Positions 18,212 to 27,832 of a stretch of 38,546 nt of DNA are shown here, one piece after another (the stretch's first letter is position 1; each line of letters starts with the position of its first letter). The notes beneath the pieces were generated by a model. That model was not told the DNA's origin. It ran no database searches and was given only the letters and a program-made list of their open reading frames with translations. This DNA comes from an uncultured Phormidium sp. (GTDB lineage Bacteria > Cyanobacteriota > Cyanobacteriia > Cyanobacteriales > Geitlerinemataceae), in NCBI GenBank assembly GCA_964644215.1, contig CAZXWM010000001.1:1-38546 (forward strand), in the 5' to 3' direction. The position numbers were made by a program, and so were the translations under genes.

Positions 18212-20461
18212 TTAGGCTTTGATAATTTCGTCATCATCGCCATAAATGGGGATTTCGATGACAAATTCGGTGCCAACGCCGGGTTTTGATTTAACACTTA
18301 AGTCCCCGCCATGATTTTCCACGACGATTTGGTAACTGACAGAAAGTCCCAAGCCTGTTCCTTTTCCGGGAGACTTTGTGGTAAAGAAGGGGTCAAAAAT
18401 TCTGCGGCGGATAGGTTCAGGAATCCCAACGCCATTGTCGGCAATTCGGATGACAACTAATTCATCATTGAGTTGCTGGGTCAGGATGGCGATCGCCGGT
18501 TTTTTGACATCTTTTTCCTCTGATGCTTGAGCCAATTTATGTTCATCATTTAAGGCATCTAAGGAGTTGTTAATCAAATTCATAAAAACTTGATTGAGTT
18601 CTGCGGGATAACAATTGATTTTAGGAAGTTTTTGGAACTTTTTAATAACTTTTATTTCCTCACCACTTCCAGTTTTTAATCGGTGTTTGAGAAGCCACAA
18701 AACGCTTTCGAGTCCTTCATGGATATCAACGGTTTTTCGCTGTGCTTCATCGAGGCGGGAAAAAATCCGCAACGATTGGACGATTTTACGGATGCGATCG
18801 GTTCCCGTTTTCATAGAGTTGATCAGATTGGGGAGATCTTCGAGGAGAAAGGGCAGATCAATGTCCTCGATGCGTTCTGCGATCGCATCTAAGTTTGGCT
18901 TATCTTCCTCTTGATAGAGTTCAATCAAACCCATTAAATCCTGGGTATAGTCGCGAACATAGCTAAGGTTGCCATAAATAAAATTGACAGGATTGTTGAT
19001 TTCATGGGCGACTCCAGCCACCAATTGTCCCAAACCAGCCATCTTTTCACTGTGAATCAATTGGGTTTGAGTTTTCTGTAAATCCTGTAAGGTTTGAGCC
19101 AAACGGCGGGCCTGCATTCGCGTTTGTTCGAGGAGTTCAGCTTGTTGCAAAGCGACCCCAAGATGTTCACTGATTTGGGCCAATAAATCGAGATCCGCAG
19201 CGTCCCAAGCCCGAGGATGAGCATTATGATAAGCCGCGAGAAGTCCCCAAAGCTGATTACTTTGATAGATGGGAACAATGGCGTAGGCTTGACATTGATA
19301 GAGCTGCAACACCTCTTGATAGGCGGGGGCGAAGTGACTGCGCTCAACGTTTTCGACAGTAAAGACTCGCCGCTGGGGAAGTTTGTCGGAATGAGCTTGG
19401 TTTTTGCCGTATTTTTGCCCTTCAATGAGCTGCTGCATCTGGGAACACAGAGCCAGGTTGGTTTGAAGTTGGGGGGTTGTGGTTTGTAATTCCAAGAGAT
19501 GTACCCAGCCGGGGCTGACGGATTCAGCAACAAATTGGCCAGTCCAGTCGGGGTTAAAGTAATAGACAGCGACGCGATCGACGTCGAGGAGTTGGCGCAC
19601 TTCGTGGGTGGTGGTACTGAAGATGGTGTCAATATCGAGCGATCGCCGAATTTTTTCGACGGTGACGGCCAGGGTTTTCTCCCGTCGGGTAGCTTTGGCC
19701 AGTTTTCGGGCCTGTTGCTGAGTGCGTTGAAATAATTCCGCTTGTTTTAAGGCGACGCTGAGGTTGATGCTGACGCGCTCAAGGAGTTCAATATCGTCGA
19801 TGTTCCAAGACTGCTGCTCTTGATGATGGCTGGCGCAGAGTAAGCCCCAGAGGACTTGTCCTTGTAAAATTGGCACGATCGCCGAGTTGGGGGAACCATG
19901 GTCTTCTAGCACCTGGGCTGGAGACTTCCCTCGCCCTGATAGGGGGATAGTTCCCGGATTCTCTAAGAGATCCTGGCCGCCCCAATTGCTGTATGGATGT
20001 CCATTGTTGGAGGAGGGGTTGGAGGAGGGGACGGTATAGGCCAAGGAACGTTGAGGCGTCGGAGTACTTCCGAGGAGAATCTGTTTGCAGCGAGTCTGCG
20101 AGTCGTTGGCGGAGGGCTTGATAATCGCTGCGTGGCCCGGTGCGACGGATTCGGCGACAAATTCCCCGCTAAAGTCGGGATAGAAGCGATAAATGGCGAT
20201 ACGGTGGGCGCTGAGTAACTGGCGCAATTCTTGGGTGGTACTGTCAAAAATTTCTTGGAGTTCCAGGGATTCTCGAATGCGAGCAATAGCGTTGGCGAGG
20301 GCGTTTTGCCGTTCAATTTGCAAACGAGCTTCCACCAGGGCCTGGGCGTCATCCGAGGGCGAACTGGTGGAAGCTTTAGCTAAAATTTGTTTGAGGCGCT
20401 CAAATGCTGCGTCATTTTGGCAACACGATCGCACTTCATCCCATTGATCGAGATTCAACAT
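18212..20461 (-). CDS. Soluble two-GAF (CBCR-like, degenerate) histidine kinase
   Basis: Two GAFs with the R(I/V)A(I/V)Y.F.PD.(S/T)G.FVAESV and LWGLL signatures; His[14 protein letters not shown]; HATPase. Start placed at ATG 20461 (MLNLDQW). Confidence 0.88.
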   Translation of the reverse strand: MLNLDQWDEVRSCCQNDAAFERLKQILAKASTSSPSDDAQALVEARLQIERQNALANAIARIRESLELQEIFDSTTQELRQLLSAHRIAIYRFYPDFSGEFVAESVAPGHAAIIKPSANDSQTRCKQILLGSTPTPQRSLAYTVPSSNPSSNNGHPYSNWGGQDLLENPGTIPLSGRGKSPAQVLEDHGSPNSAIVPILQGQVLWGLLCASHHQEQQSWNIDDIELLERVSINLSVALKQAELFQRTQQQARKLAKATRREKTLAVTVEKIRRSLDIDTIFSTTTHEVRQLLDVDRVAVYYFNPDWTGQFVAESVSPGWVHLLELQTTTPQLQTNLALCSQMQQLIEGQKYGKNQAHSDKLPQRRVFTVENVERSHFAPAYQEVLQLYQCQAYAIVPIYQSNQLWGLLAAYHNAHPRAWDAADLDLLAQISEHLGVALQQAELLEQTRMQARRLAQTLQDLQKTQTQLIHSEKMAGLGQLVAGVAHEINNPVNFIYGNLSYVRDYTQDLMGLIELYQEEDKPNLDAIAERIEDIDLPFLLEDLPNLINSMKTGTDRIRKIVQSLRIFSRLDEAQRKTVDIHEGLESVLWLLKHRLKTGSGEEIKVIKKFQKLPKINCYPAELNQVFMNLINNSLDALNDEHKLAQASEEKDVKKPAIAILTQQLNDELVVIRIADNGVGIPEPIRRRIFDPFFTTKSPGKGTGLGLSVSYQIVVENHGGDLSVKSKPGVGTEFVIEIPIYGDDDEIIKA

Positions 20462-20561
20462 GGAACGTTTGGGGTCGCTTACGATATTGGCAAGCGCAGC
20501 CGGACCCAAGTTTGGGACATCATCGCCTGGGGGGGACTCGATTCGACTCGCGTATACTCGC

Positions 20562-23282
20562 TTATATCTTAGCTGTCGCCGTGGAACTTTCGTTGGCCGG
20601 TTGAGGATGAGCAGCGGACTGATAGATGGGAATTTCTAGGCGAAACTCAGTGCCAATCCCCGGTTGTGAGACGCAAGTAAAGAAACCATGATGTTTTTCG
20701 GTGACGATCTGGTAACTGATGGAGAGGCCCAATCCGGTGCCAATTCCGACGGGTTTGGTGGTGAAGAAGGGATCGAACACCTGCGATCGCAGGGTTTCGG
20801 GAATGCCACAGCCATTATCAGCAATAATCACAGCGACTCGGTTCTCGGCCACTTTTTCGGTCTGAATGCGGATGGTGCGTTTGGCTTTCTCCTTGTCAAA
20901 GGGATGCAGGGCATCGATGGCGTTACTAATCAAATTCATGAAAACTTGATTGAGTTGACCAGCGTAGCATTCAACGGGGGGCAAGTCTCCATAGTCTTTG
21001 ACCACGTTCACGGCGGCGCGATCGGCTTTAGCTTTCAGACGATGGTGCAAGATAGTGAGGGTTCCTTCGATGCCATCGTGGAGGTTAACGGGTTTGAGTT
21101 CCGACTGATCCAAACGGGAGAAGTTACGCAGGGAGAGAACGATTTGGCGAATCCGCTCGGCCCCGAGTTTCATCGAACCGAGCATTCGGGGTAAATCCTC
21201 CAGGAGAAATTCGAGGTCAATCTCTTCGATGCGATCGCAAATCTCGTCAATGGGTTCGGGGTAATGGTCTTGATACAGATGTAATAAATCCAGGATATCT
21301 TGAGTGTACTCGGTGGTATGGACGAGATTCCCGTAGATAAAGTTGACGGGATTGTTGATTTCATGGGCGACACCGGCCACCAATTGCCCCAAGCTGGACA
21401 TTTTCTCACTTTGAATCAGTTGGGTTTGGGCTTGGGTGAGTTCTTCGAGCGCCTGTTTGAGTTCTTCGGCTTTGGCGTTGGCGCTGCGAGTGGCCCGTTG
21501 GCTTTTGGCGAAGAGTTCGGCTTGGGAGATGGCGATGGAGGCGTGACGGGCCAGTTGTTCAACTTGTTCAATTTCGCGATCGCTCCAGTGACGGGGGCGA
21601 CTACATTGGTGGGCGATAATCAGGCCCCAGAGTTGGCGATCGCAGTGAATCGGTACGATCAGATTGGCCTGAATTTGTAAACTCTCCAGAAATTCCCGGT
21701 GACAGGGGGCTAGGTTGGCCGTCTTAATATCGTCCATAACCCGAGCCTGGCCACTGCTGAGGTATTTCTGTTCGAGATGTTCAGGAAAGCATCCTGGTGG
21801 GGTCTCAATGCCCCAAGCAGAGCGCCAATTCCCCTGAATGTCTTCAACGGTAATGCGTCCTTCTCCTCCTTCAAAGACCTGATACACCACGGCGCGATCG
21901 GCCTGCAAGAGACTGCGCACCTTCTGGACAACGGTGTGCAAAATCTCATCTAAGTCCAAACTACTGCGAATCTGATCGGCGAGTTCAGCCATCGCTTGAC
22001 TGAGGTGCAAGGACTGCTGAAGTTGGGTAGTTCGCTGTCGAACTTGGTGTTCAAGGGTCGCATTGAGGGTGTTAACCTCCCGATAGAGCCGATATTGCTG
22101 AACGGCAGAGGCAAAACGCTCGCTCAACTCCCGCGCCAGTTGTCGGTCATTGTCACTCCAGGGCAATGATTGGCCGCGATTCAGTTGTTTCCAGGCTTCA
22201 AAGGATTGCCGAGGCCGTTCCTGCTGTCGATTGGTGTCAAATTTACCGGCCCACCAGATCTCCAGGTCAATTTCTTGGCGAAAGACCATCAGGTAGCCCA
22301 AAAACTGTTGACGATGATGTAGAGGCAGGGCCAACAGTCCCCTAAGTTGGGCTTGGCTAAAGGCGGCGGTTAGAGGACGCAATTGAGGCACGTCATCCAG
22401 GTTGGTCGTCTCTAGGAGGGGATAGAGGGGCAAATCCCGTTTGGGGAATTGGGCCTGCCACCAAGACTCCACGGCTTGTTCTAAGGCCAGGTCAGTGTCC
22501 CTAAACTTCGGCTGTCTGCCCCGACACAAACGTAGCGGCGAGTCTCGTAGAATATAGAGTTGACCGCCTTGGCCCCCTAGGGCCTCAATGGCCGCGTCGA
22601 TGGCGGTGCTAAATTCAATGGTTGGCTGAGCGTGCAGAAGGCCGACAATTTGGTTGACGGCAGCTTCCCGTTGCTGTTGTCGATGGGCCTCAGCCAGTAG
22701 GGCCGATTGGGAGATAGCGATTGAGACTTGATCGACGACGGCTTGAATCAGTTGTAAGGTGGGCAGGTCGTACTGTCGTGGGTCGGCATGATGCGAGGCG
22801 AGAAGTCCCCAGAGTTGGTCATCATGAATGATGGGCAGACAGAGGGATGAGGCAACTCCCATAGTGGTGAGATACTCAACATGACAGGGATCGAGATTGT
22901 GATACTCCTGAGGTAAGAAGGCATCGTCAGCGCAACTTATGCCAATGGAGCGCTCTTTGACATTGACAATGCTACGAACCCGTTGCCGCACAAAGCGCTC
23001 ACGTGCGTCAGGGGGAATATCATCGGCGGGAAAGGTCAGTCCCAACAGGCGGGGTAAGCGATTCTCTTGAACGGCCTCGGCAATGACGGTTCCACTACTA
23101 TCGGCGTTGAAGCGATAAATTTTCACCCGATCAACTCCTAGAAACTGTCGGGTTTCTACGGCCGTTGCGTCGAGGATCTCTTGCAGGTCGAGAGAGTTGC
23201 GGATTCGCTGCGTCATTCGCTGCAACAAGACTTCGCGATTCAGACGCTGTTGGAGATCTTCTGTTGTCTTTTGTGAATTCAT
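20562..23282 (-). CDS. Knotless phytochrome (GAF-PHY) plus CBCR GAF histidine kinase, AphC/All2699-like architecture
   Basis: GAF1 has FPADDIP and DPCHVEYL with no N-terminal PAS. The PHY tongue reads WWAG...PRQSFEAW. GAF3 has GCFP and LAPCHREFL. HisKA/HATPase follow. Start placed at ATG 23282; 23321 is an alternative. Confidence 0.9.
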   Translation of the reverse strand: MNSQKTTEDLQQRLNREVLLQRMTQRIRNSLDLQEILDATAVETRQFLGVDRVKIYRFNADSSGTVIAEAVQENRLPRLLGLTFPADDIPPDARERFVRQRVRSIVNVKERSIGISCADDAFLPQEYHNLDPCHVEYLTTMGVASSLCLPIIHDDQLWGLLASHHADPRQYDLPTLQLIQAVVDQVSIAISQSALLAEAHRQQQREAAVNQIVGLLHAQPTIEFSTAIDAAIEALGGQGGQLYILRDSPLRLCRGRQPKFRDTDLALEQAVESWWQAQFPKRDLPLYPLLETTNLDDVPQLRPLTAAFSQAQLRGLLALPLHHRQQFLGYLMVFRQEIDLEIWWAGKFDTNRQQERPRQSFEAWKQLNRGQSLPWSDNDRQLARELSERFASAVQQYRLYREVNTLNATLEHQVRQRTTQLQQSLHLSQAMAELADQIRSSLDLDEILHTVVQKVRSLLQADRAVVYQVFEGGEGRITVEDIQGNWRSAWGIETPPGCFPEHLEQKYLSSGQARVMDDIKTANLAPCHREFLESLQIQANLIVPIHCDRQLWGLIIAHQCSRPRHWSDREIEQVEQLARHASIAISQAELFAKSQRATRSANAKAEELKQALEELTQAQTQLIQSEKMSSLGQLVAGVAHEINNPVNFIYGNLVHTTEYTQDILDLLHLYQDHYPEPIDEICDRIEEIDLEFLLEDLPRMLGSMKLGAERIRQIVLSLRNFSRLDQSELKPVNLHDGIEGTLTILHHRLKAKADRAAVNVVKDYGDLPPVECYAGQLNQVFMNLISNAIDALHPFDKEKAKRTIRIQTEKVAENRVAVIIADNGCGIPETLRSQVFDPFFTTKPVGIGTGLGLSISYQIVTEKHHGFFTCVSQPGIGTEFRLEIPIYQSAAHPQPANESSTATAKI

Positions 23283-23678
23283 AGGATTGAACGGGACACT
23301 TCCTCTCATCAACACTGGCAAGCCAACTGAACAATGATGCTAAGTTTTGCGCTTGATACGCTGGGTAGATGACGCAACAGATGGGGCCAGGCTAAGGATT
23401 TTTGTCGAGGTTAGAAATTTAAGACTATTGGCCATTATAAATAAACTCGTCGGGTCTGATCCCTAGTGTTCTTCAATCTTAATTCGGACTGAAGTTGTTT
23501 GGACAAGATTGAGATGGGGGGATGATTCGCCCTTAACAGATTTGAGGTCATTTTGCTAGGGGGTGGTGTTCGGTCTGTTGATGGGCAATTTAGTCTTGGC
23601 TGGTGGTCTCGAAGCCTATAATAAACGGAGACCGATGTCGATCAGAGTCGTTCTCGCAGATTCGGGCTTAGCTAGATC

Positions 23679-24506
23679 ATGAACTTTTTCCCTAAATTGC
23701 CATCATTGCTCGGGGTTGTCCTACTGGGCTTGCTTGCGGGCTGTCAGCCTGAGTCGCCGACTCCTCCGGACTTCGAGCAATCTCAGGCCGATACGCCAAC
23801 GGCTCAACCGCAGGAAACTCCGGCTACACCGACTCCTACACCGGCTCCTACGCCCACTCCTACGCCGACTCCGACTCCCACGCCGACTCCTGCTCCCACA
23901 CCCACGCCGACTCCTGCTCCCACACCCACGCCGACTCCTACTCCTACACCGGCTCCTGCTGCGGTACAACCGGCTCAGGTGGAGGTTGTACGCTGTGAGA
24001 CGACTATGGCTCGGGTGGATGATCCCAATGCACCTTTGAATGTGCGATCGCAGCCGGAAGTGACTGATGATAATGTGGTGGGACAACTCGATGACCGGGC
24101 TTGGGTGACGATCGCCGGGGAAGACTCGGGCTGGTGGCGGATTTCTGATCCCGAACCGGGTTGGATTGCCAAAAGCTTGACGGATAGTGGTTGTAATGAA
24201 CTGGTGGCTCAATTGGGCTTCCCGGCTGGGGCGACGGCGATTCGTCTGAGCGATCGCCTTGTGGGGACAGGGTTCCATGAGTATCGCCTGGAGGCCAGGG
24301 CGCAACAAACGATGACGCTGACGGCGATGGGTGATAGTCCTCTACCGTTTGTGCGCGCTCCTAATGGTCGAGAAATTACGGAGGCGGCGTCGATGCGTGG
24401 ACGTAGCACTTGGAGGGGAGAACTCCCAAGTAGTGGTGAGTACATTCTTGAGTATAATTCCAATTTCCAAGGCTTTGAGTATGACACTAAGATTGAAATT
24501 CGTTGA
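23679..24506 (+). CDS. Lipoprotein with a Pro/Thr linker, a bacterial SH3 domain and a C-terminal PPC-like beta domain
   Basis: Lipobox LLAG|C; (TP)n stretch; SH3b signature [21 protein letters not shown]; C-terminal [22 protein letters not shown]. Confidence 0.75.
   Translation: MNFFPKLPSLLGVVLLGLLAGCQPESPTPPDFEQSQADTPTAQPQETPATPTPTPAPTPTPTPTPTPTPTPAPTPTPTPAPTPTPTPTPTPAPAAVQPAQVEVVRCETTMARVDDPNAPLNVRSQPEVTDDNVVGQLDDRAWVTIAGEDSGWWRISDPEPGWIAKSLTDSGCNELVAQLGFPAGATAIRLSDRLVGTGFHEYRLEARAQQTMTLTAMGDSPLPFVRAPNGREITEAASMRGRSTWRGELPSSGEYILEYNSNFQGFEYDTKIEIR
23826..23957 (+). repeat. Coding low-complexity repeat (Thr-Pro/Ala-Pro) containing an exact 24-bp tandem duplication
   Basis: CCCACGCCGACTCCTGCTCCCACA at 23877-23900 and 23901-23924, plus a partial third copy. 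Confidence 0.85.
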
Positions 24507-24595
24507 TTGAGGTGATTTGTTGATTGATGATTGACCCGAATCTCAGTGTTTTTACGGGGACTAAATCGGGCGAGGGCGATCGCCACCCAAGGGGT

Positions 24596-25828
24596 TCACG
24601 AGTCATTGATGACGGTCTCGAAGAGGGCTTCATAGCGATCGAGGGCTTCGGAAAATGAATAATTATCTAGGGCGTATTGTCGTCCTTGTTGGCTAAGTTG
24701 TTCGAGGGTATCAGGGGCGGCTTTAAGCTGACGAATGGCTTGGGCGATCGCCTCGGGATCTTCAGGAGGAACCACCCAACCCCCAGCACTGGTTTTAACG
24801 GCTTTGGCGGCGGTTCCGGTATCGGGAACGGAGGCTAAAATTGGTAGGCCACTAGCCAGTAATACCTGAATTTTTGAGGGCATATTGATAGCAATGACGG
24901 TCTTTTTCTGCATTACCATACCGATATTGGCGGCCGAGAGCATCTCCGGTAGCCGTTCACGAGGTTGAAAGGGTAACAGTTTAACATTGGTAGCGCCAAG
25001 TTCATCGCGGCGATCGCGTAAGGCTCCTAAAGCCCGTTCTTCGCCGACAATAACAATGGCAATATCGGGCTGATCTAACAATTTTGCCGCTGCTTTAATC
25101 AGGGTTTCAAGTCCTTGGGTGAGGGCAATGTTTCCAGAATACAAGATGACAAACTTACCAGCGAGTCCCTGCTCTCGGCGAAAGGAATTATCCTGTTTAT
25201 CCAGGGGACGAATAAAGTCTGTATCGACCCAATTCGGAATCAAGGTGATTTTATCGGGACTCACGCCTTTGTTAATTAAATTGTCCACAAATCCATCAGA
25301 AATTGCCGCAATTTTATTAGCGTAGCGATAAGAGAATCGTTCTAAGGATTCAAAGACCCGAATTAGGGCTTGATTGGTGAGTAACCCCGCGACAACCGCC
25401 GCTTCGGGTAGAACATCTTGTAAATTCAACACCACCGGCGCCCGTTGCATCCATTTAAACACTGTGGCGGGGACTGAGGCGGGTAAGGGCGGAACCGTCA
25501 GTAGGATGACATCAGGGCGTTTACCATTAAGGGCTTGGATAAAACTGGTACCGACAAAACTGGTTTCGAGGAGGATGCGATCGACGAGTCCCGGCTTGGG
25601 GCGAACCCAGACAAAACAGCGTTGGATTTTAACGCCGTTGCGTTCCTCGGTAACATAGAGTTTGCCCCGATAGCCGTCATAGATTTGCCGTTGTGGGTAA
25701 TTGGGCATTCCGGTGACGACGCGGACCTGATGGCCCCGTTTAACCAGTCCTTCGGCCAGTTCTGTCATCAGCGGAGCAATGCCAATGGGTTCGGGATGAT
25801 AATTATAAGCGTAGATGAGAATATCCAT
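24596..25828 (-). CDS. Glycosyltransferase family 4, WcaI-like
   Basis: NYHPEPIGIA, GHQVRVVTGMPNYP, LNLQDV.PE, IPNWVD, LYSGNI..QGLE, PSKI..LASG.PI. Confidence 0.88.
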   Translation of the reverse strand: MDILIYAYNYHPEPIGIAPLMTELAEGLVKRGHQVRVVTGMPNYPQRQIYDGYRGKLYVTEERNGVKIQRCFVWVRPKPGLVDRILLETSFVGTSFIQALNGKRPDVILLTVPPLPASVPATVFKWMQRAPVVLNLQDVLPEAAVVAGLLTNQALIRVFESLERFSYRYANKIAAISDGFVDNLINKGVSPDKITLIPNWVDTDFIRPLDKQDNSFRREQGLAGKFVILYSGNIALTQGLETLIKAAAKLLDQPDIAIVIVGEERALGALRDRRDELGATNVKLLPFQPRERLPEMLSAANIGMVMQKKTVIAINMPSKIQVLLASGLPILASVPDTGTAAKAVKTSAGGWVVPPEDPEAIAQAIRQLKAAPDTLEQLSQQGRQYALDNYSFSEALDRYEALFETVINDS

Positions 25829-26036
25829 TCAAATAGGCTCGTGAAACAAGTCCGCTTGAGGCGATCGCCAGGGTGTAAACTGCATCATACCCCAGTTTTT
25901 TAGTCAATACGGAGCGTTGACAATCAGACGGGATTTCTTATAAAATAGAGATTTAAAACCCTAGTTATTCTCTCCTCAATCTCAACCACTTGTCAACAAT
26001 TGTGGGTCAATTTTGAAGCCCAAAGTATCAACTGCG

Positions 26037-26615
26037 ATGTCGGATTCTCGTCACCTCTCCCGGCTTAGGCCACGTACATCCCCCTCTGCAAAGACAGCAC
26101 AGCGGCGACGTCCCTCGATACTGCTGTTGAGCCTGTTGCTGTTGTTATGGTCTGTGGGCCTAGGCTGGGGTTTGGCCGATGTGGGGCGATCGCAATCCCC
26201 AAATCTGGCCCCCGCCCCTCACATCGGCACCGTCGATCCCATTCCTGAGCGGTATCAAACCGGGCAAACTCTCTATCTCGAAGCCTGTGCTTCGTGTCAT
26301 ATTGGCGTTCCTCCGGCCGTCTTCCCCACAGAAACCTGGCGGGATCTGCTCCTAGACGAAAATCACTATGGCCGACGCATTGAAGTCTTACCCAGCCCCC
26401 AAATTCAGATTGTCTGGGACTATCTACAAACCTTCTCTCGTCCCAACAGTGCCAGCAGCGAGTCGGTTCCCTTCCGCTTTCAATACTCCCGTCCCTTCGC
26501 TGCCCTACATCCTAACGTAGAGCTGCCTCAGTCCCTAGATTTGAACAGTTGTCGTACCTGTCATCCTCAAGTTGATCGGTTTGACATTCGCCGCCTCAGT
26601 CCTGACTGGGAGTGA
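26037..26615 (+). CDS. Dihaem cytochrome c family protein, exported or membrane-anchored
   Basis: Hydrophobic segment followed by two haem motifs, CASCH and CRTCH, with P..ETW..LL....HYG typical of the DHC family. Start at ATG 26037. Confidence 0.8.
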   Translation: MSDSRHLSRLRPRTSPSAKTAQRRRPSILLLSLLLLLWSVGLGWGLADVGRSQSPNLAPAPHIGTVDPIPERYQTGQTLYLEACASCHIGVPPAVFPTETWRDLLLDENHYGRRIEVLPSPQIQIVWDYLQTFSRPNSASSESVPFRFQYSRPFAALHPNVELPQSLDLNSCRTCHPQVDRFDIRRLSPDWE

Positions 26616-26619
26616 GGGC

Positions 26620-26651
26620 AAAAAAAAGCCCCACCCGCTGACGGGTGGAGC
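26620..26651 (-). terminator. Rho-independent terminator at the 3' end of 6S RNA
   Basis: The minus strand reads GCTCCACCCG-TCAG-CGGGTGGGGC followed by T8. Confidence 0.9.
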
Positions 26652-26812
26652 AGTAGGAACCTTTAGGATAGAGCCGAGCAAGTACACCGGGGAAGCACGT
26701 CCAAACCTGTTAAAGGCGTCTCCCCAAGCGTTTCACGTCGTCTTAAGTCCCAGCATAACGAGGGCAGGTTACAGAGAAATGACGCTGTTATGACGTTTTG
26801 GATCATGTTTCA
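26628..26812 (-). ncRNA. ssrS: 6S RNA (cyanobacterial SsaA/SsrS); ends approximate
   Basis: The minus strand contains GTTATGCTGGGACTTAAGAC..AAACGCTTGGG..CCTTTAACAGGTTTGGA..CCCCGGTGTACTTGCTCGGCTCTATCCTAAAGGTTCCTACTG, which I recognise as the cyanobacterial 6S core. Length is about 185 nt, with a -10 upstream and a terminator downstream. Confidence 0.88.
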
Positions 26813-26817
26813 CGGTC

Positions 26818-26823
26818 ATTCTA
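26818..26823 (-). promoter_or_regulatory. Putative -10 (TAGAAT) of 6S RNA overlapping the GT2 stop codon
   Basis: The minus strand reads CCCC-TAGAAT-GACCGT; the TAG is the stop codon of the GT2 gene. Confidence 0.55.
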
Positions 26824-27804
26824 GGGGTCAAAGCGAATATGAAACAGTAAGGCTTCAATTTCAAAGGGTTTTGGGACTTGCTTCAGTAGGGACTTCGCCG
26901 ACGATTGCGGTAGCAGCCCTGCTGCTGTTGCTCGCAGCAGAACCTTCCAAATCACCCGTCGTCGCCGCAAACTCGGGTCGTACCAGAGAGCCAGGGCTAA
27001 AAAGCGAAAGGCTGCCCTAGCTCGCCGTCGTTCTGGGGTTAAATCTAGGGCTTTATAGGTTAAATACTTATAGCGATGACCGCGACAAATCCGAGACAGG
27101 TGTTGTAATTCGGGGGGAGCGGCGGCAAAAATGCGATCGATCACCTGTAAACTCGATGCCTCCATCTTGGCTAAATTAAAGGACGAGGACGAGGTCACGG
27201 TTCGATACAGAATTTGCACTTGGGGCACCACGACAAACTCATAGTTTGCTGCCAATCGGACCCATAAATCCCAATCTTCGGCTGGGGTGAGACTGGGGGC
27301 AAATCCGCCTACGGCTTCAAAGGCAGAGGTGCGAATCAGAACATTGGAACCACTGCCGACAAAATCACTGATGATGAGCAGTTTATAGACATCGCCGGAA
27401 AAGGTGAGATGGGGGCCAGGGCGAAAAAACTGGTTGTTTTCGTCAATGTGATCGGTCCAACTGTAGGCGACGGCGGCTTGGGGATGGGTTTGTAAGGCTT
27501 GCCATTGGTGTTGGAGTTTATCGGCAGTCCACAAGTCATCGGCATCAATGAAGGAGAGATAGTCTCCCTGGGCTAAAGCGACGCCACGATTGCGACTTTC
27601 TCCCTGGCCGGCGTTGGTAAATTGATGAATTTGGATGCGCTCATCGGCGATCGCCTTGACCACGGATAGAGTATCATCGGTTGAGCCGTCGTCGATGACA
27701 ATTAGTTCAAAGTCTCTAAAGGTTTGCCCTAAGACTGAATTGATGGTATCGGCGATCGTCTCCATGCCGTTATAGACGGGAAGAATGACTGAAATTTGAA
27801 CCAT
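26821..27804 (-). CDS. Glycosyltransferase family 2
   Basis: ISVILPVYN, FELIVIDDGSTD, SRNRG, FIDADDLW (DxD), VGGF...AEDWDLW. Confidence 0.92.
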   Translation of the reverse strand: MVQISVILPVYNGMETIADTINSVLGQTFRDFELIVIDDGSTDDTLSVVKAIADERIQIHQFTNAGQGESRNRGVALAQGDYLSFIDADDLWTADKLQHQWQALQTHPQAAVAYSWTDHIDENNQFFRPGPHLTFSGDVYKLLIISDFVGSGSNVLIRTSAFEAVGGFAPSLTPAEDWDLWVRLAANYEFVVVPQVQILYRTVTSSSSFNLAKMEASSLQVIDRIFAAAPPELQHLSRICRGHRYKYLTYKALDLTPERRRARAAFRFLALALWYDPSLRRRRVIWKVLLRATAAGLLPQSSAKSLLKQVPKPFEIEALLFHIRFDP

Positions 27805-27832
27805 GGAGTCCTTGATTATGATGATGGTGTTG

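Noticed and set aside
23716-24308. Arg/Ser-rich and Arg/Leu-rich repeat ORFs (23721-24308 -, 23716-24039 +)
   Set aside because: These are alternative-frame readings of the Thr-Pro repeat in the lipoprotein.
26572-27020. Small ORFs 26572-26793 and 26790-27020 as candidate peptide precursors
   Set aside because: They are antisense to 6S RNA and the GT2 gene, with no leader or core features.
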